From the NCBI GenBank assembly GCA_946629545.1, contig CAMOXZ010000001.1, positions 1 through 50,186 of the forward strand: 50,186 nt of DNA. The letters run 5' to 3'. The notes beneath the pieces are model-generated. The model saw only the letters and a list, made by a program, of their open reading frames with translations. It was not told where the DNA came from and searched no databases. The position numbers were made by a program, and so were the translations under genes. Shown in pieces: positions 37,915 to 47,219 of the stretch (within the stretch, counting starts at the first letter, position 1; each line of letters opens with the position of its first letter). Source of the DNA: an uncultured Bacillales bacterium. Lineage in GTDB: Bacteria; Bacillota_I; Bacilli_A; RF39; UBA660.

Positions 37915-39051
37915 ATGTCTAATAAAAAAGAATTTGTTGTAGTAGCGGGAAAAAAGTTTTCATTATCTGCATATGAATATTTATTAAGTAGATTTAAAGA
38001 GGCTTTCTCTCATACAAGTCTTTCTGTTGAAAAGGCTTATGAAGAGTTAGAAAAATGTAATATAACTCTTGAAAAATCTATGGATAAAAATGCATATGAA
38101 TATTATTCATTATTGCCACATAGTGAGAGAAATAGAATTAGAAGTATCCTACACCAAATAATAGTGTTTAAAGGATCTGTTTATGGTGTGATTACTGAGA
38201 AGTTAACAGGGGATACTAAACAATTTGAAAGATTATATCATGATAATTTTATGTATTTTGAAAAATATATATATTATTATATTAGATATGATGCTGATGG
38301 TAATTTTGATAAAGTTGCTACACTACATAATTTAGATACATTATTTGTAAATTTACCATTAAGAAGATTAGCTTATGATAAAGCTTATAATATGAAGAAA
38401 GATAATCTAGATGCATTTGACTATGCTATGTGTTTAGATGAAATAACTTCTGAAGAAATTATCAATATAAATAGTTTAGTTAACTTTAGTGATGTTGATA
38501 AAGTAGATGGTTATAAGACTACTAATAATGATATCGTAACTTCTTCATTTACTCCACTAGATAAAAAGTTTGTTCCTAGTGAAATGGAAAAGTTATTAGA
38601 AGATTATAAACATGATTTTGGATTAACTATATTAGATCCAGATGAAGAAAATATTACTACTGAAGAGAGAAATAAAAGAAGATATAAGTTATTTGAAAAA
38701 GAAGCTACTTTTCATATAAGATTTGAAAGAATCCACCCATTCAATGATGGTAATGGTAGAACTGGTAGAATTATTATGAATAGGAACTTATTAAAGAGTA
38801 AACAAGCTCCAGTATTAATAACAGATGTAATGTCAGATGATTATAAACATTATATTAATACATTTGATGTAGATGGATTAACTAAATTATTATTAAGTAG
38901 TTCATCACAACAATTATCTAACTGGATTTCTTTATATAAAGCAGGACTTGAAATTAGAAAGAAAACTATTAATCCTAATAATGATAAATTAGCTGAATTA
39001 GAAGAATACAGTGAAGGTAAAAAACATATTAAAAAGAAAAATGATGATTAA
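37915..39051 (+). CDS. Fic-domain protein with a long uncharacterised N-terminal region
   Basis: HPFNDGNGRTGR Fic motif near residue 275. Confidence 0.8.
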   Translation: MSNKKEFVVVAGKKFSLSAYEYLLSRFKEAFSHTSLSVEKAYEELEKCNITLEKSMDKNAYEYYSLLPHSERNRIRSILHQIIVFKGSVYGVITEKLTGDTKQFERLYHDNFMYFEKYIYYYIRYDADGNFDKVATLHNLDTLFVNLPLRRLAYDKAYNMKKDNLDAFDYAMCLDEITSEEIININSLVNFSDVDKVDGYKTTNNDIVTSSFTPLDKKFVPSEMEKLLEDYKHDFGLTILDPDEENITTEERNKRRYKLFEKEATFHIRFERIHPFNDGNGRTGRIIMNRNLLKSKQAPVLITDVMSDDYKHYINTFDVDGLTKLLLSSSSQQLSNWISLYKAGLEIRKKTINPNNDKLAELEEYSEGKKHIKKKNDD

Positions 39052-39118
39052 ATAAAATAATCATCATTTTTTTACATATTTTTTAATATTTAGTATTTAT
39101 ACTTTTATTGGTGATTAT

Positions 39119-39295
39119 ATGAAAGTAAAAATATTTGATTATGAAGATGAGATTGATTTAGAAGAAGATATTAATGATTTTATTAGTAATAATAATATAG
39201 AAGTAATAGATATTAAATATCAGATTAGTTCTGCTATATTTGGAGAAGAACAAGTGTTTTGTTTTTCAGGAATGATTATTTATATTGAGGGATAA
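39119..39295 (+). CDS. cse60: Cse60-like small sporulation protein (58 aa), absent from the ORF track
   Basis: My translation is MKVKIFDYEDEIDLEEDINDFISNNNIEVIDIKYQISSAIFGEEQVFCFSGMIIYIEG. It matches the remembered B. subtilis Cse60/YteV pattern (KVKLFDEEHEKDLE..VN.FL......IDIKYQV......GEQIYCFSAMILY). A GGTGAT SD is present. Confidence 0.7.
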   Translation: MKVKIFDYEDEIDLEEDINDFISNNNIEVIDIKYQISSAIFGEEQVFCFSGMIIYIEG

Positions 39296-39325
39296 TTGTG
39301 TTATAATAATAATAGAGGTGAGAAT

Positions 39326-39772
39326 ATGAAAAAGGGAGAAAAGAAAAAGAAAGTTGATAATACAAATAATGATAAGACTAAAAAAGTATTTATAGTAATT
39401 TCTGCAATAGTAATATTTTTAACTATAGCAGGAATAGTATGTGCTATTTTGATGTATAATGCTCAATATAATTCTAAAGGTGTTAGTCATTTCTTAGTAG
39501 TTACTATAGATCCAAATAAAGAGAGAGTACAAATAGGAAGATTAGATGATTATAATGTATATGTAGAAGGATTAAGTAAATATAATTTTAGAACTTTTAA
39601 TGCTGAAAATTTATCAGTAAAAGAAGCTATTGATAAAAAATTAGTATCAGTAGATGAATGGAAGAAATATGCTTTTAGTACTAAGAAAGATAATGATTCA
39701 TTAATACTAGTATTTGAGAATTATGAAATAGCTCTTACTGGTGATGAATGTTTAATTAGACCACGTTCATAG
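39326..39772 (+). CDS. Hypothetical single-pass membrane protein
   Basis: The GAGGTGAG SD precedes ATG 39326. Lys-rich N-terminus and one TM helix. Confidence 0.6.
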   Translation: MKKGEKKKKVDNTNNDKTKKVFIVISAIVIFLTIAGIVCAILMYNAQYNSKGVSHFLVVTIDPNKERVQIGRLDDYNVYVEGLSKYNFRTFNAENLSVKEAIDKKLVSVDEWKKYAFSTKKDNDSLILVFENYEIALTGDECLIRPRS

Positions 39773-39774
39773 TA

Positions 39775-39799
39775 AAAACAGTCATAGGACTGTTTTTTT
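39775..39799 (+). terminator. Intrinsic terminator
   Basis: Stem aaaacagtc/gactgtttt with loop atag. Confidence 0.75.
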
Positions 39800-39827
39800 A
39801 TGTTATAATGATAATAGTGGAGGAATT

Positions 39828-41477
39828 ATGAAAGATGTAACAATGAAGAAAAGTAATTTCGTAAAGGGTGCATTAATTACTACACTTGGTATTGTTATTG
39901 CTAAGATACTAGGTATTTTATATGTTATACCATTTCATGCCATAATAGGTGATGAAGGTGGAGCACTATACGGATATGCTTATACAATTTATACTTTATT
40001 TGTATCATTAGCATCAGCAGGTATTCCTCTAGCTATTTCTAGAATAGTATCGGAATATCAGACAATGGGATACTATAGAGCAAAGAAACGTGTATTTTTA
40101 ATTGGTAGAAAGATAGCTATATTAGCAGGATTTATTTCATTTATAATTATTCTTATTACGGCACCATTACTTGCGAAAGCAGTACTTGGTAATGTAGTGG
40201 GTGGAAGTACTGTTAAAGATGTTACTTTTGTTATTAGAGTAATAGGAACTGCTATATTAATAGTTCCTACACTTAGTATATATAGAGGTTATTTTGAAGG
40301 ACATAGATTATTTAGTCCACCATCAATATCTCAAGTAATAGAACAAATTCTAAGAGTATTCATAATAGTAGTTGGTAGTTATATAGCTATTAAAGTATTA
40401 AAAATAGATTTAACTAGTTCTGTAGGTATTGCTTTAGCTGGTGCTACTGTAGGCGCTTCTATTGCTTATGTATATTTAGTTAATAAAAGAATTAAAAATA
40501 AAAAAGTATTTAATGAAAAGATACGTGTAGTTAATGAACCTAAGATTAGTGATAAAGTAATATTTAGAAAGATATTATATTATGCAGTACCATTTATTAT
40601 GATTGATATATTTAAGTCATTATATAATTATGTAGATATGTTTACTGTAGTTAAAGGATTAGTTAATCTTGCTAAGTTTGAGGCTATAGATGCTGAAACA
40701 ATATATTCTATGTTATCTACATGGGCTAATAAGTTTAATATGATACTATTAGCTATATCTACTGGTGTAATTGTTAGTTTAATACCTAATTTGACTGAGA
40801 GTATTGTTAAGAAGGAACATTTCCAAATAGAAAAGAAAATTAATCAAGCTTTAGGTGTACTTTTATATTTAACTGTACCTATGACTTTAGGAATTAGTTT
40901 TTTAGCTAAACCCATATGGTTATTATTCTATGGAAAAAGTACTTATGGCTCTAGTGTATTAAGTTATTATATATTTGTAGGATTCTTTATAGGTTTATTT
41001 ACTTCATTAATTATAATGATTCAGACTTTAAAGGATAAGAGAATTCTATTAATAAGTTTAGTTACAGGAGTAATTATTAAAATCCTTTTAAATAATTATT
41101 TAATAAGTGCCTTCTATAATGTGGATATGCCTCCATATTATGGCGTAATTACAGCTTCTATTATAGGATATTTAGTATCTTCAATTATATGTTTATTTGT
41201 ATTAAGAAATAAGTATAAGATTAATTTTGAAGAAATAATAAATAATTTTATAAATATAATGTGTGCTGCATTATTAATGGTAATAGTATTATTTATTTGT
41301 AAGTTATTTATACCTATTACTTCTACTAATAGAATTATGAATTTAGTAATTATATTAGTTTATACAGCTATTGGTGCAGTAGTATATTTTGTATATGGAC
41401 ATTTTTCTAAATTAACTAATAAAGTATTTGGAAGAGATATATTTAAAATATTAAATAAATTATTCTTTAGAAAATAA
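39828..41477 (+). CDS. MOP-superfamily flippase (MurJ/YtgP/SpoVB-like)
   Basis: About 14 TM helices. The N-terminus GALITTLGIVIAKILGILYVIPF...GGALYGYAYTIY is typical of YtgP/SpoVB-type proteins. Confidence 0.75.
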   Translation: MKDVTMKKSNFVKGALITTLGIVIAKILGILYVIPFHAIIGDEGGALYGYAYTIYTLFVSLASAGIPLAISRIVSEYQTMGYYRAKKRVFLIGRKIAILAGFISFIIILITAPLLAKAVLGNVVGGSTVKDVTFVIRVIGTAILIVPTLSIYRGYFEGHRLFSPPSISQVIEQILRVFIIVVGSYIAIKVLKIDLTSSVGIALAGATVGASIAYVYLVNKRIKNKKVFNEKIRVVNEPKISDKVIFRKILYYAVPFIMIDIFKSLYNYVDMFTVVKGLVNLAKFEAIDAETIYSMLSTWANKFNMILLAISTGVIVSLIPNLTESIVKKEHFQIEKKINQALGVLLYLTVPMTLGISFLAKPIWLLFYGKSTYGSSVLSYYIFVGFFIGLFTSLIIMIQTLKDKRILLISLVTGVIIKILLNNYLISAFYNVDMPPYYGVITASIIGYLVSSIICLFVLRNKYKINFEEIINNFINIMCAALLMVIVLFICKLFIPITSTNRIMNLVIILVYTAIGAVVYFVYGHFSKLTNKVFGRDIFKILNKLFFRK

Positions 41478-41498
41478 AAAAGGACTAAGTCCTTTTTA
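41477..41498. terminator. Bidirectional hairpin between the convergent flippase and fem genes
   Basis: Stem aaaaagga/tccttttt with loop ctaag. Confidence 0.55.
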
Positions 41499-42788
41499 TT
41501 TTTTAACTATTTTTTTAAGTCCATGGTATAGAGAAAATGTTATTTTATACATTCTATACCAGAATTTAGATATTATTAAATCATATTCACCAATTAATTC
41601 TACTACATGACCTCCAAATGACTTTTTAAATAGATATAATCCAAATAATGGGTTTTCTTTTCTAAAGTCACCTGTAATACCATAGAAGTTATATCTTTTA
41701 TAGTGATTATCTATAGCATATTTAACTCCAGCATAGTGTACTGAATAGGCTGATTGGAATTGCATTAAGTTATCATCTGTTCCTCCAAATAATGATAATA
41801 CTTCATTACCATAAATTAGGAATAGGATAGTACCTAATACTTTCTTTTCTCCATATTCTTTAATATATTCATTAATCTTATCTATTTGTTTATTTAATCT
41901 TTCAATATTATCTTTATCTAATTTATTAGAAGATTCATATTTTTTTTCATTCATTTGAAGAATATTATTATCATGTTTATAAATTCTATCTTTAAGAGCT
42001 TTTTCTGTTTCTTCTAATTCTAATTTAGTATTTTCTAAATACTTATTAAAATCTATTTCTCCAATGAGTATTTTTAAGATACCTGAATCATGTAGATTAT
42101 CCCACATACCTTCATAATAAGATAGGGGACGATCTATGAAATCACGTCTATCTCCAGTGTGTTCCATAATAGATTTAAATACTGGTAGTTCATCTCTTGT
42201 GATTTCACGTGTTGTGATACAGCTTTTCTCATTTTTTCTAAGTATTTGTCTTGTTTTAGATTCCATGTCAGCTTGTACTTCTTCTTCTGTTCTACCATTA
42301 ATTTCTATAACATGCATCCATCTAGGTTGAAGTGTATCTTGCATTAAATTAAATCCATGAAATTTATATCCTAATTTCTTTAGGTTTTCTACAGATTCTT
42401 TATTATTATATCCATCTTCAACAATGTTACCATCATTATCACGTTCTTGGTATTCTACATATGGATCTATTTTTACAAATATTCCACCTTTTTCTTTTAC
42501 AAATTTTTTTAATTCTATTGTGAATTCTTTTAATAAATCATAGTTATTATAATCTATTAAGAAACCTCTAGGTGAGTAAAACATTTTCTTTTTTATTATT
42601 GGAACATTCTTAGCTAAAAGTAGAGCTCCAGCTACAACTTTATCATTATCTTTTAGTCCTACATAGTAAGAATCCCAACCATTTATTTTTTTTAAGTTAG
42701 CCCATTCTTCTGTTTGGTGGAAAGTAATTTGAGGATGTTTATCAGCAAACTTTTTAAATTCATCTTTATTTAGAATCGTTAATTGCAT
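41496..42788 (-). CDS. FemAB-family peptidoglycan-bridge aminoacyltransferase (copy 2)
   Basis: FHQTEEWANLK, FYSPRGFLIDY, QPRWMHVI and YFYGITG motifs, plus a central coiled-coil insertion. Confidence 0.85.
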   Translation of the reverse strand: MQLTILNKDEFKKFADKHPQITFHQTEEWANLKKINGWDSYYVGLKDNDKVVAGALLLAKNVPIIKKKMFYSPRGFLIDYNNYDLLKEFTIELKKFVKEKGGIFVKIDPYVEYQERDNDGNIVEDGYNNKESVENLKKLGYKFHGFNLMQDTLQPRWMHVIEINGRTEEEVQADMESKTRQILRKNEKSCITTREITRDELPVFKSIMEHTGDRRDFIDRPLSYYEGMWDNLHDSGILKILIGEIDFNKYLENTKLELEETEKALKDRIYKHDNNILQMNEKKYESSNKLDKDNIERLNKQIDKINEYIKEYGEKKVLGTILFLIYGNEVLSLFGGTDDNLMQFQSAYSVHYAGVKYAIDNHYKRYNFYGITGDFRKENPLFGLYLFKKSFGGHVVELIGEYDLIISKFWYRMYKITFSLYHGLKKIVKK

Positions 42789-44037
42789 GTTTTACCTCCT
42801 TAATATGTTTTCTCTTTACTGTTTTTCTATATATTGGTACTAATTTAGTAAATACAAAGTACATAAAATGATTAGTAATATAATCTAATTCTCCAATAAA
42901 CTCTGTGTATTCTCCACCTAATCTCTTTTTGAATAACCAAATACCATATTCCGGATCATCATTACTTGGATTATATGAAGTTCCAAAGAAATCAATAGTT
43001 TTATATCCTTCTTTAACAGCATCTTTTATTATTTCATAATAAATTAAATAATTAGCATTTAAAGTTCTAAGTTCAGAACTATTACCACCATGTATTGTCC
43101 ATACTTTATCTCCATATTTAGTTGTGATTATGGATGATAGAGGATATTTATCTTCTTTTATATTATTTATTTCCGAAATTAGTTTATTTAATCTATCTAT
43201 TTGATTACCTAATTCTTTCTTTTTATTTTCACTTGTTAGTTTACTAGAACTTTCTTCTAAATTACTTAAATTATTGTTTAATAAGTTTAAAGTTTTTTCT
43301 TTATTTAAATAAACTATATAAATATCACTATGATTATTTTTATGAAGATCTTTATAAAATGATAGATAGTATTGTTTTGAGTATATTGAGATGTTTTCTC
43401 TATCAGCAGTTGCTTGCATAGTTTTATAAAAATCATCTATATATTTTTCATCATTTTTAAATATTTCTAATTCATAGATATTCCCTTTATTAATAATCTT
43501 TTTAGTAGTTGAATGAAGATTATTATTAATACTTTCTAAACCTTCTGTTAAATCTAGTCTAAAGGTATATCTTGGTTGATTATGTTCAAATGCTTTATTA
43601 TAACCAAGGTGTTTATAACCTAGTTTTTTTAAATAATCAACTAATTCATAATTATCTTTTCCTTCTATTTTATTTCCATCTAAATCAAGTTGTTGTAGTT
43701 TTACATCTGGATCTATTTTAAGAAATATAGCTTTTTGTTTTTTAATAAATGAAACTGTTTTTTGAGTCATTTCTTTTATTACTTCTTTATCATTATAGTC
43801 TAATACAAATCCTCTAGGAGCATAGAAATAACTATAACCTAATGGTAAGTTTTTCTTTAAAAGTAGAGTAGCTGCAACTACTTTATCTTCTTTTGTTAAT
43901 CCTAAATAGAAAGGTGTTAATCCTTTTTCTTTTTGAGCAAATTCACCCCAATCAGTTGATTGAAGAAAATGTGATTTATTATGAGTTGAGACGAAATTTT
44001 CAAATTTATCTTTCTCTAATGTAACTAATTCATACAT
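42766..44037 (-). CDS. FemAB-family peptidoglycan-bridge aminoacyltransferase (copy 1)
   Basis: FLQSTDWGEF, FYAPRGFVLDY, QPRYTFRLDL and DFFGTS motifs, plus a coiled-coil insertion. It overlaps copy 2 by 23 nt. Confidence 0.85.
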   Translation of the reverse strand: MYELVTLEKDKFENFVSTHNKSHFLQSTDWGEFAQKEKGLTPFYLGLTKEDKVVAATLLLKKNLPLGYSYFYAPRGFVLDYNDKEVIKEMTQKTVSFIKKQKAIFLKIDPDVKLQQLDLDGNKIEGKDNYELVDYLKKLGYKHLGYNKAFEHNQPRYTFRLDLTEGLESINNNLHSTTKKIINKGNIYELEIFKNDEKYIDDFYKTMQATADRENISIYSKQYYLSFYKDLHKNNHSDIYIVYLNKEKTLNLLNNNLSNLEESSSKLTSENKKKELGNQIDRLNKLISEINNIKEDKYPLSSIITTKYGDKVWTIHGGNSSELRTLNANYLIYYEIIKDAVKEGYKTIDFFGTSYNPSNDDPEYGIWLFKKRLGGEYTEFIGELDYITNHFMYFVFTKLVPIYRKTVKRKHIKEVKHAINDSK

Positions 44038-44167
44038 TTATATCACCTTCTTTTATAGTATATCATAGAATAGTGAAATATTTAATTAAATAGTTTATTT
44101 TTAAGAGTATTTGTAATATAACGAATATAGAGAAGTAAGTCTGATTTTGGAGATTTTCTTTAGATAG

Positions 44168-44197
44168 CATCTGAAAAATCATTTTCAGATGTTTTTT
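44168..44197 (+). terminator. Orphan plus-strand terminator-like hairpin with no upstream plus-strand gene
   Basis: Stem catctgaaaa/ttttcagatg with loop atca, followed by T6. Confidence 0.45.
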
Positions 44198-44272
44198 ATT
44201 ATCTAACTAGTAGTATCACTACAGTTAATTATTAGAAATAAATAAAAAAATTTCCAAAGAATTTGAAAATTT

Positions 44273-44434
44273 TTATAACATATAGTAATTATCATCTTTT
44301 TTTAGATAATCTTTTTTATTTTCTAAGTTATTTAGTCTTTCTTCTAACTTAGAAATTCTTTCGTTTAATTTAGTGAATTCCTCAATAATATTAAAAAAGT
44401 AATTTGGAGGAAATGGCATATTAAAATTATTCAT
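44273..44434 (-). CDS. Small ORF (53 aa) predicted to form a coiled coil, absent from the ORF track
   Basis: MNNFNMPFPPNYFFNIIEEFTKLNERISKLEERLNNLENKKDYLKKDDNYYML. The AGAGGGA SD lies 5 nt upstream. It is divergent from trmB. Confidence 0.45.
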   Translation of the reverse strand: MNNFNMPFPPNYFFNIIEEFTKLNERISKLEERLNNLENKKDYLKKDDNYYML

Positions 44435-44485
44435 ATTATCCCTCTTTCTTAGTATTTTATGATAAAATAAGAAATAGGTGATATT

Positions 44486-45121
44486 ATGCGTCTTAGAAAT
44501 GTTAAAAATAAGAAAGAAATAATGGATAATTCTAGTTATTTAGTTAAAGATCCTACTATGTATAAAGGTAAATGGAAAGAGTTATTTAATAATAGTAATC
44601 CAATCTATATAGAAATAGGTATGGGTAAGGGTCAATTTATAATTAATAATGCTTTAAAGTATCCAGATATTAATTTTATAGGTATAGAAAAATATGATAG
44701 TGTAATAGCTAAGGGTCTATTGAAAATACCTGAAGGATTAAATAACTTAGCTATGGTTAGATGGGATGCTTTAGGTATAGAAGATATATTTGATAAAGAA
44801 ATAGATAGAATATATCTTAATTTCTCAGATCCATGGCCTAAGAAGAGACATCATTTAAGAAGACTATCTAGTAGGGTATTTCTTGAGAAATATGAGAAAA
44901 TATTTAAGAATGGTAATATTATTGAGATGAGAACTGATAATAGAGATTTATTTCAATATTCATTAGTTAGTTTTAGTGAATTTGGTTATACTTTAGAAGA
45001 AGTTAGTTTAGATCTACATACGGATAATATGCCAGAAATAACTACTGAGTATGAAGATAAGTTTTCTAAAGATGGAATGCCTATATATTATGTAATGTGT
45101 AATAAAGGTGTAAATAAATAG
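44486..45121 (+). CDS. trmB: tRNA (guanine46-N7)-methyltransferase
   Basis: IEIGMGKGQF and FSDPWPKKRHHLRRL motifs. Confidence 0.92.
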   Translation: MRLRNVKNKKEIMDNSSYLVKDPTMYKGKWKELFNNSNPIYIEIGMGKGQFIINNALKYPDINFIGIEKYDSVIAKGLLKIPEGLNNLAMVRWDALGIEDIFDKEIDRIYLNFSDPWPKKRHHLRRLSSRVFLEKYEKIFKNGNIIEMRTDNRDLFQYSLVSFSEFGYTLEEVSLDLHTDNMPEITTEYEDKFSKDGMPIYYVMCNKGVNK

Positions 45122-45177
45122 AAAAAGTTTTCATATTTGAAAAAATAATGATATAATGATATAAGAGTAGGTGAAAT

Positions 45178-45837
45178 ATGAAAAGATTAATTGTTTTGCT
45201 CTCTATCGTTACTATTTTGGTAACGGGTTGCAGTATTAATAGACTTGATGATAAAGATATTGATAGTAATATTAAAACTCTTATGTCTGAGAATAATAAA
45301 TTATATAATGTTCATTATGAAGGATATAAGTATTATTTACCAAAAGGAATTGGGTTCTTAGACAAAGATGATTATAATGCTATATTAAAAGATAAAAATA
45401 ATAATAAGTATTATTTATATGTAGATGTTATTAGTTATTATCATGAAGTAGAAAATGATTATGAGATTAATAAGAATTCATATTATTCTAAAAGATTAGA
45501 TTATAAAGATAAAACTGGTTATATTCAAATAGATGAAGTTGATGCTGAATACTTTATACAGTTTGTATATAATTATGCTAAGATGGAAGCTTATGTCAGT
45601 AAAAAAGATTTGGTAGATGTAGTTACTAATATGTGCTTTATTCTTAGAAGTATTAGTTATAATGATGTAGTATTAGAAAGTTTAATAGGAGAAAACAAGA
45701 TTAACTATAAAGAAGAAGATTATACTTTATTTAAAGCAGATTCTTCAAAAGAATCATTCTTGGATGTAGTTAAGAAAGAAGAGACTGAAAAGTATAAAAA
45801 GGATTTAGAGGATGAAAAAATAAACTTAAATGATTAG
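45178..45837 (+). CDS. Hypothetical lipoprotein
   Basis: Signal peptide with lipobox LVTGC. Confidence 0.65.
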   Translation: MKRLIVLLSIVTILVTGCSINRLDDKDIDSNIKTLMSENNKLYNVHYEGYKYYLPKGIGFLDKDDYNAILKDKNNNKYYLYVDVISYYHEVENDYEINKNSYYSKRLDYKDKTGYIQIDEVDAEYFIQFVYNYAKMEAYVSKKDLVDVVTNMCFILRSISYNDVVLESLIGENKINYKEEDYTLFKADSSKESFLDVVKKEETEKYKKDLEDEKINLND

Positions 45838-45848
45838 GAGGGTAACAT

Positions 45849-46913
45849 ATGGGTGTATTTGATAAAATTAAAAATGCTTTATTCGAAGTTGAATATGTAG
45901 AAGTAGATGAACCACCTAAAAAAGAAAAAAAGGAAAAGAGAAAAGACAAAGAAAGAAATATAGAAGAAGATAAGCCTATAGCTAAAAGAGTTGTTTTACC
46001 TGATAAGAAGGAAGAAAAAATTGAAGAATTAAAAGAAGAAGAATTATTAGATGAAGATTTTGAAGTTCGTCCTTTAGAAGAAGAAAAACCTCGTGAACAG
46101 TTTAAGTTTATGGATGATAATGATTTCAAAGTTGATGATGGACCTGAGTATTTAGGAGAAGATATAGAAAAATCAGTAGTTGAAGAAAGACCTTTATATG
46201 GTGAATATAAAGAAGAAAGAGTTGAAGAAGTATATACTCCAATAACTACTTATAATAATCCTAATTATTCAAGTAGTTCTGATACTAATTTATATGGTAT
46301 GAATAATCATTCAGCTTATGATGTGCCTGTTCATCAATATGGTACTTATGAAAAATCTGAAAAGACTTACTTTAAACCAAGTCCAATTATTTCACCAATT
46401 TATGGTATCTTAGATAAGAACTATAAAAAGGAAGACGTTAAGGAAAAAAAAGAAATTAGATTAACTGGTTATACTAGAAGTAATATGAATCTTGATGATA
46501 TAAGAGAAAAAGCTTATGGTAAAGAAAAAGAAACAGAACCAGAAGTAGAAAAAAATATTTTTGAAGTAGAAAATGATGCTTCTGATAATGTAATGGTAGA
46601 TTTAAGTGATAGATCTAAACCAGAAGTTAAAGAATTAACTATGGGTGATGCTGAAGAATATTTTGAAGATTTAGGGTTAGAATATAATGTAGATTATGTT
46701 GATGTAAGTACTGATAGATCTAAGATTACTAAAGAAGAACCTAAAGAAGAAAAGGTAGAAGAAAAGCCTGTAGAAATAGAAGAGAATCTTACAAATATAG
46801 AAGAATCTATTGAAAAAGAAAAAATAGATGATATTAAGGTAGAAATAGAAAAAGAAACAGAACCAGACGATGATAACTTATTTGATTTAATTGATTCAAT
46901 GTATGAAGAATAA
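45849..46913 (+). CDS. Highly charged Glu/Lys-rich protein of unknown function
   Basis: Amphipathic N-terminus MGVFDKIKNALF, a conserved-looking FKPSPIISPIYGIL island, and an acidic tail. Confidence 0.6.
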   Translation: MGVFDKIKNALFEVEYVEVDEPPKKEKKEKRKDKERNIEEDKPIAKRVVLPDKKEEKIEELKEEELLDEDFEVRPLEEEKPREQFKFMDDNDFKVDDGPEYLGEDIEKSVVEERPLYGEYKEERVEEVYTPITTYNNPNYSSSSDTNLYGMNNHSAYDVPVHQYGTYEKSEKTYFKPSPIISPIYGILDKNYKKEDVKEKKEIRLTGYTRSNMNLDDIREKAYGKEKETEPEVEKNIFEVENDASDNVMVDLSDRSKPEVKELTMGDAEEYFEDLGLEYNVDYVDVSTDRSKITKEEPKEEKVEEKPVEIEENLTNIEESIEKEKIDDIKVEIEKETEPDDDNLFDLIDSMYEE

Positions 46914-46928
46914 TAAGGAGGAATAAAA

Positions 46929-47219
46929 ATGGAATTTTTGAATGAATTTTTACCTATACTATTATATATAGCAGGTATCGTATTATTAATTGTATTAATT
47001 ATATTAGGAATTAAAGCAATTAAAATATTAGATAATGTGGAAGATATGGTTGAGGATGCTCAAGATAAATTAGATGAGTTTGAAGGAGCTATATCATTAT
47101 TAAGTAAGACTGCTAATAGTTTTGCTGGTATCAGTAGTTCTATAGTTACTGGTATTACAACAGCTATCGGTAAAATATTTACTAAAAAATTAAAAGAGGA
47201 GGAAGATGAAGATGAGTAA
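46929..47219 (+). CDS. DUF948 (YtxG-like) membrane-anchored protein
   Basis: N-terminal TM helix followed by helical repeats. It is paired with a YtxH-like gene, as in the Bacillus ytxGH operon. Confidence 0.6.
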   Translation: MEFLNEFLPILLYIAGIVLLIVLIILGIKAIKILDNVEDMVEDAQDKLDEFEGAISLLSKTANSFAGISSSIVTGITTAIGKIFTKKLKEEEDEDE

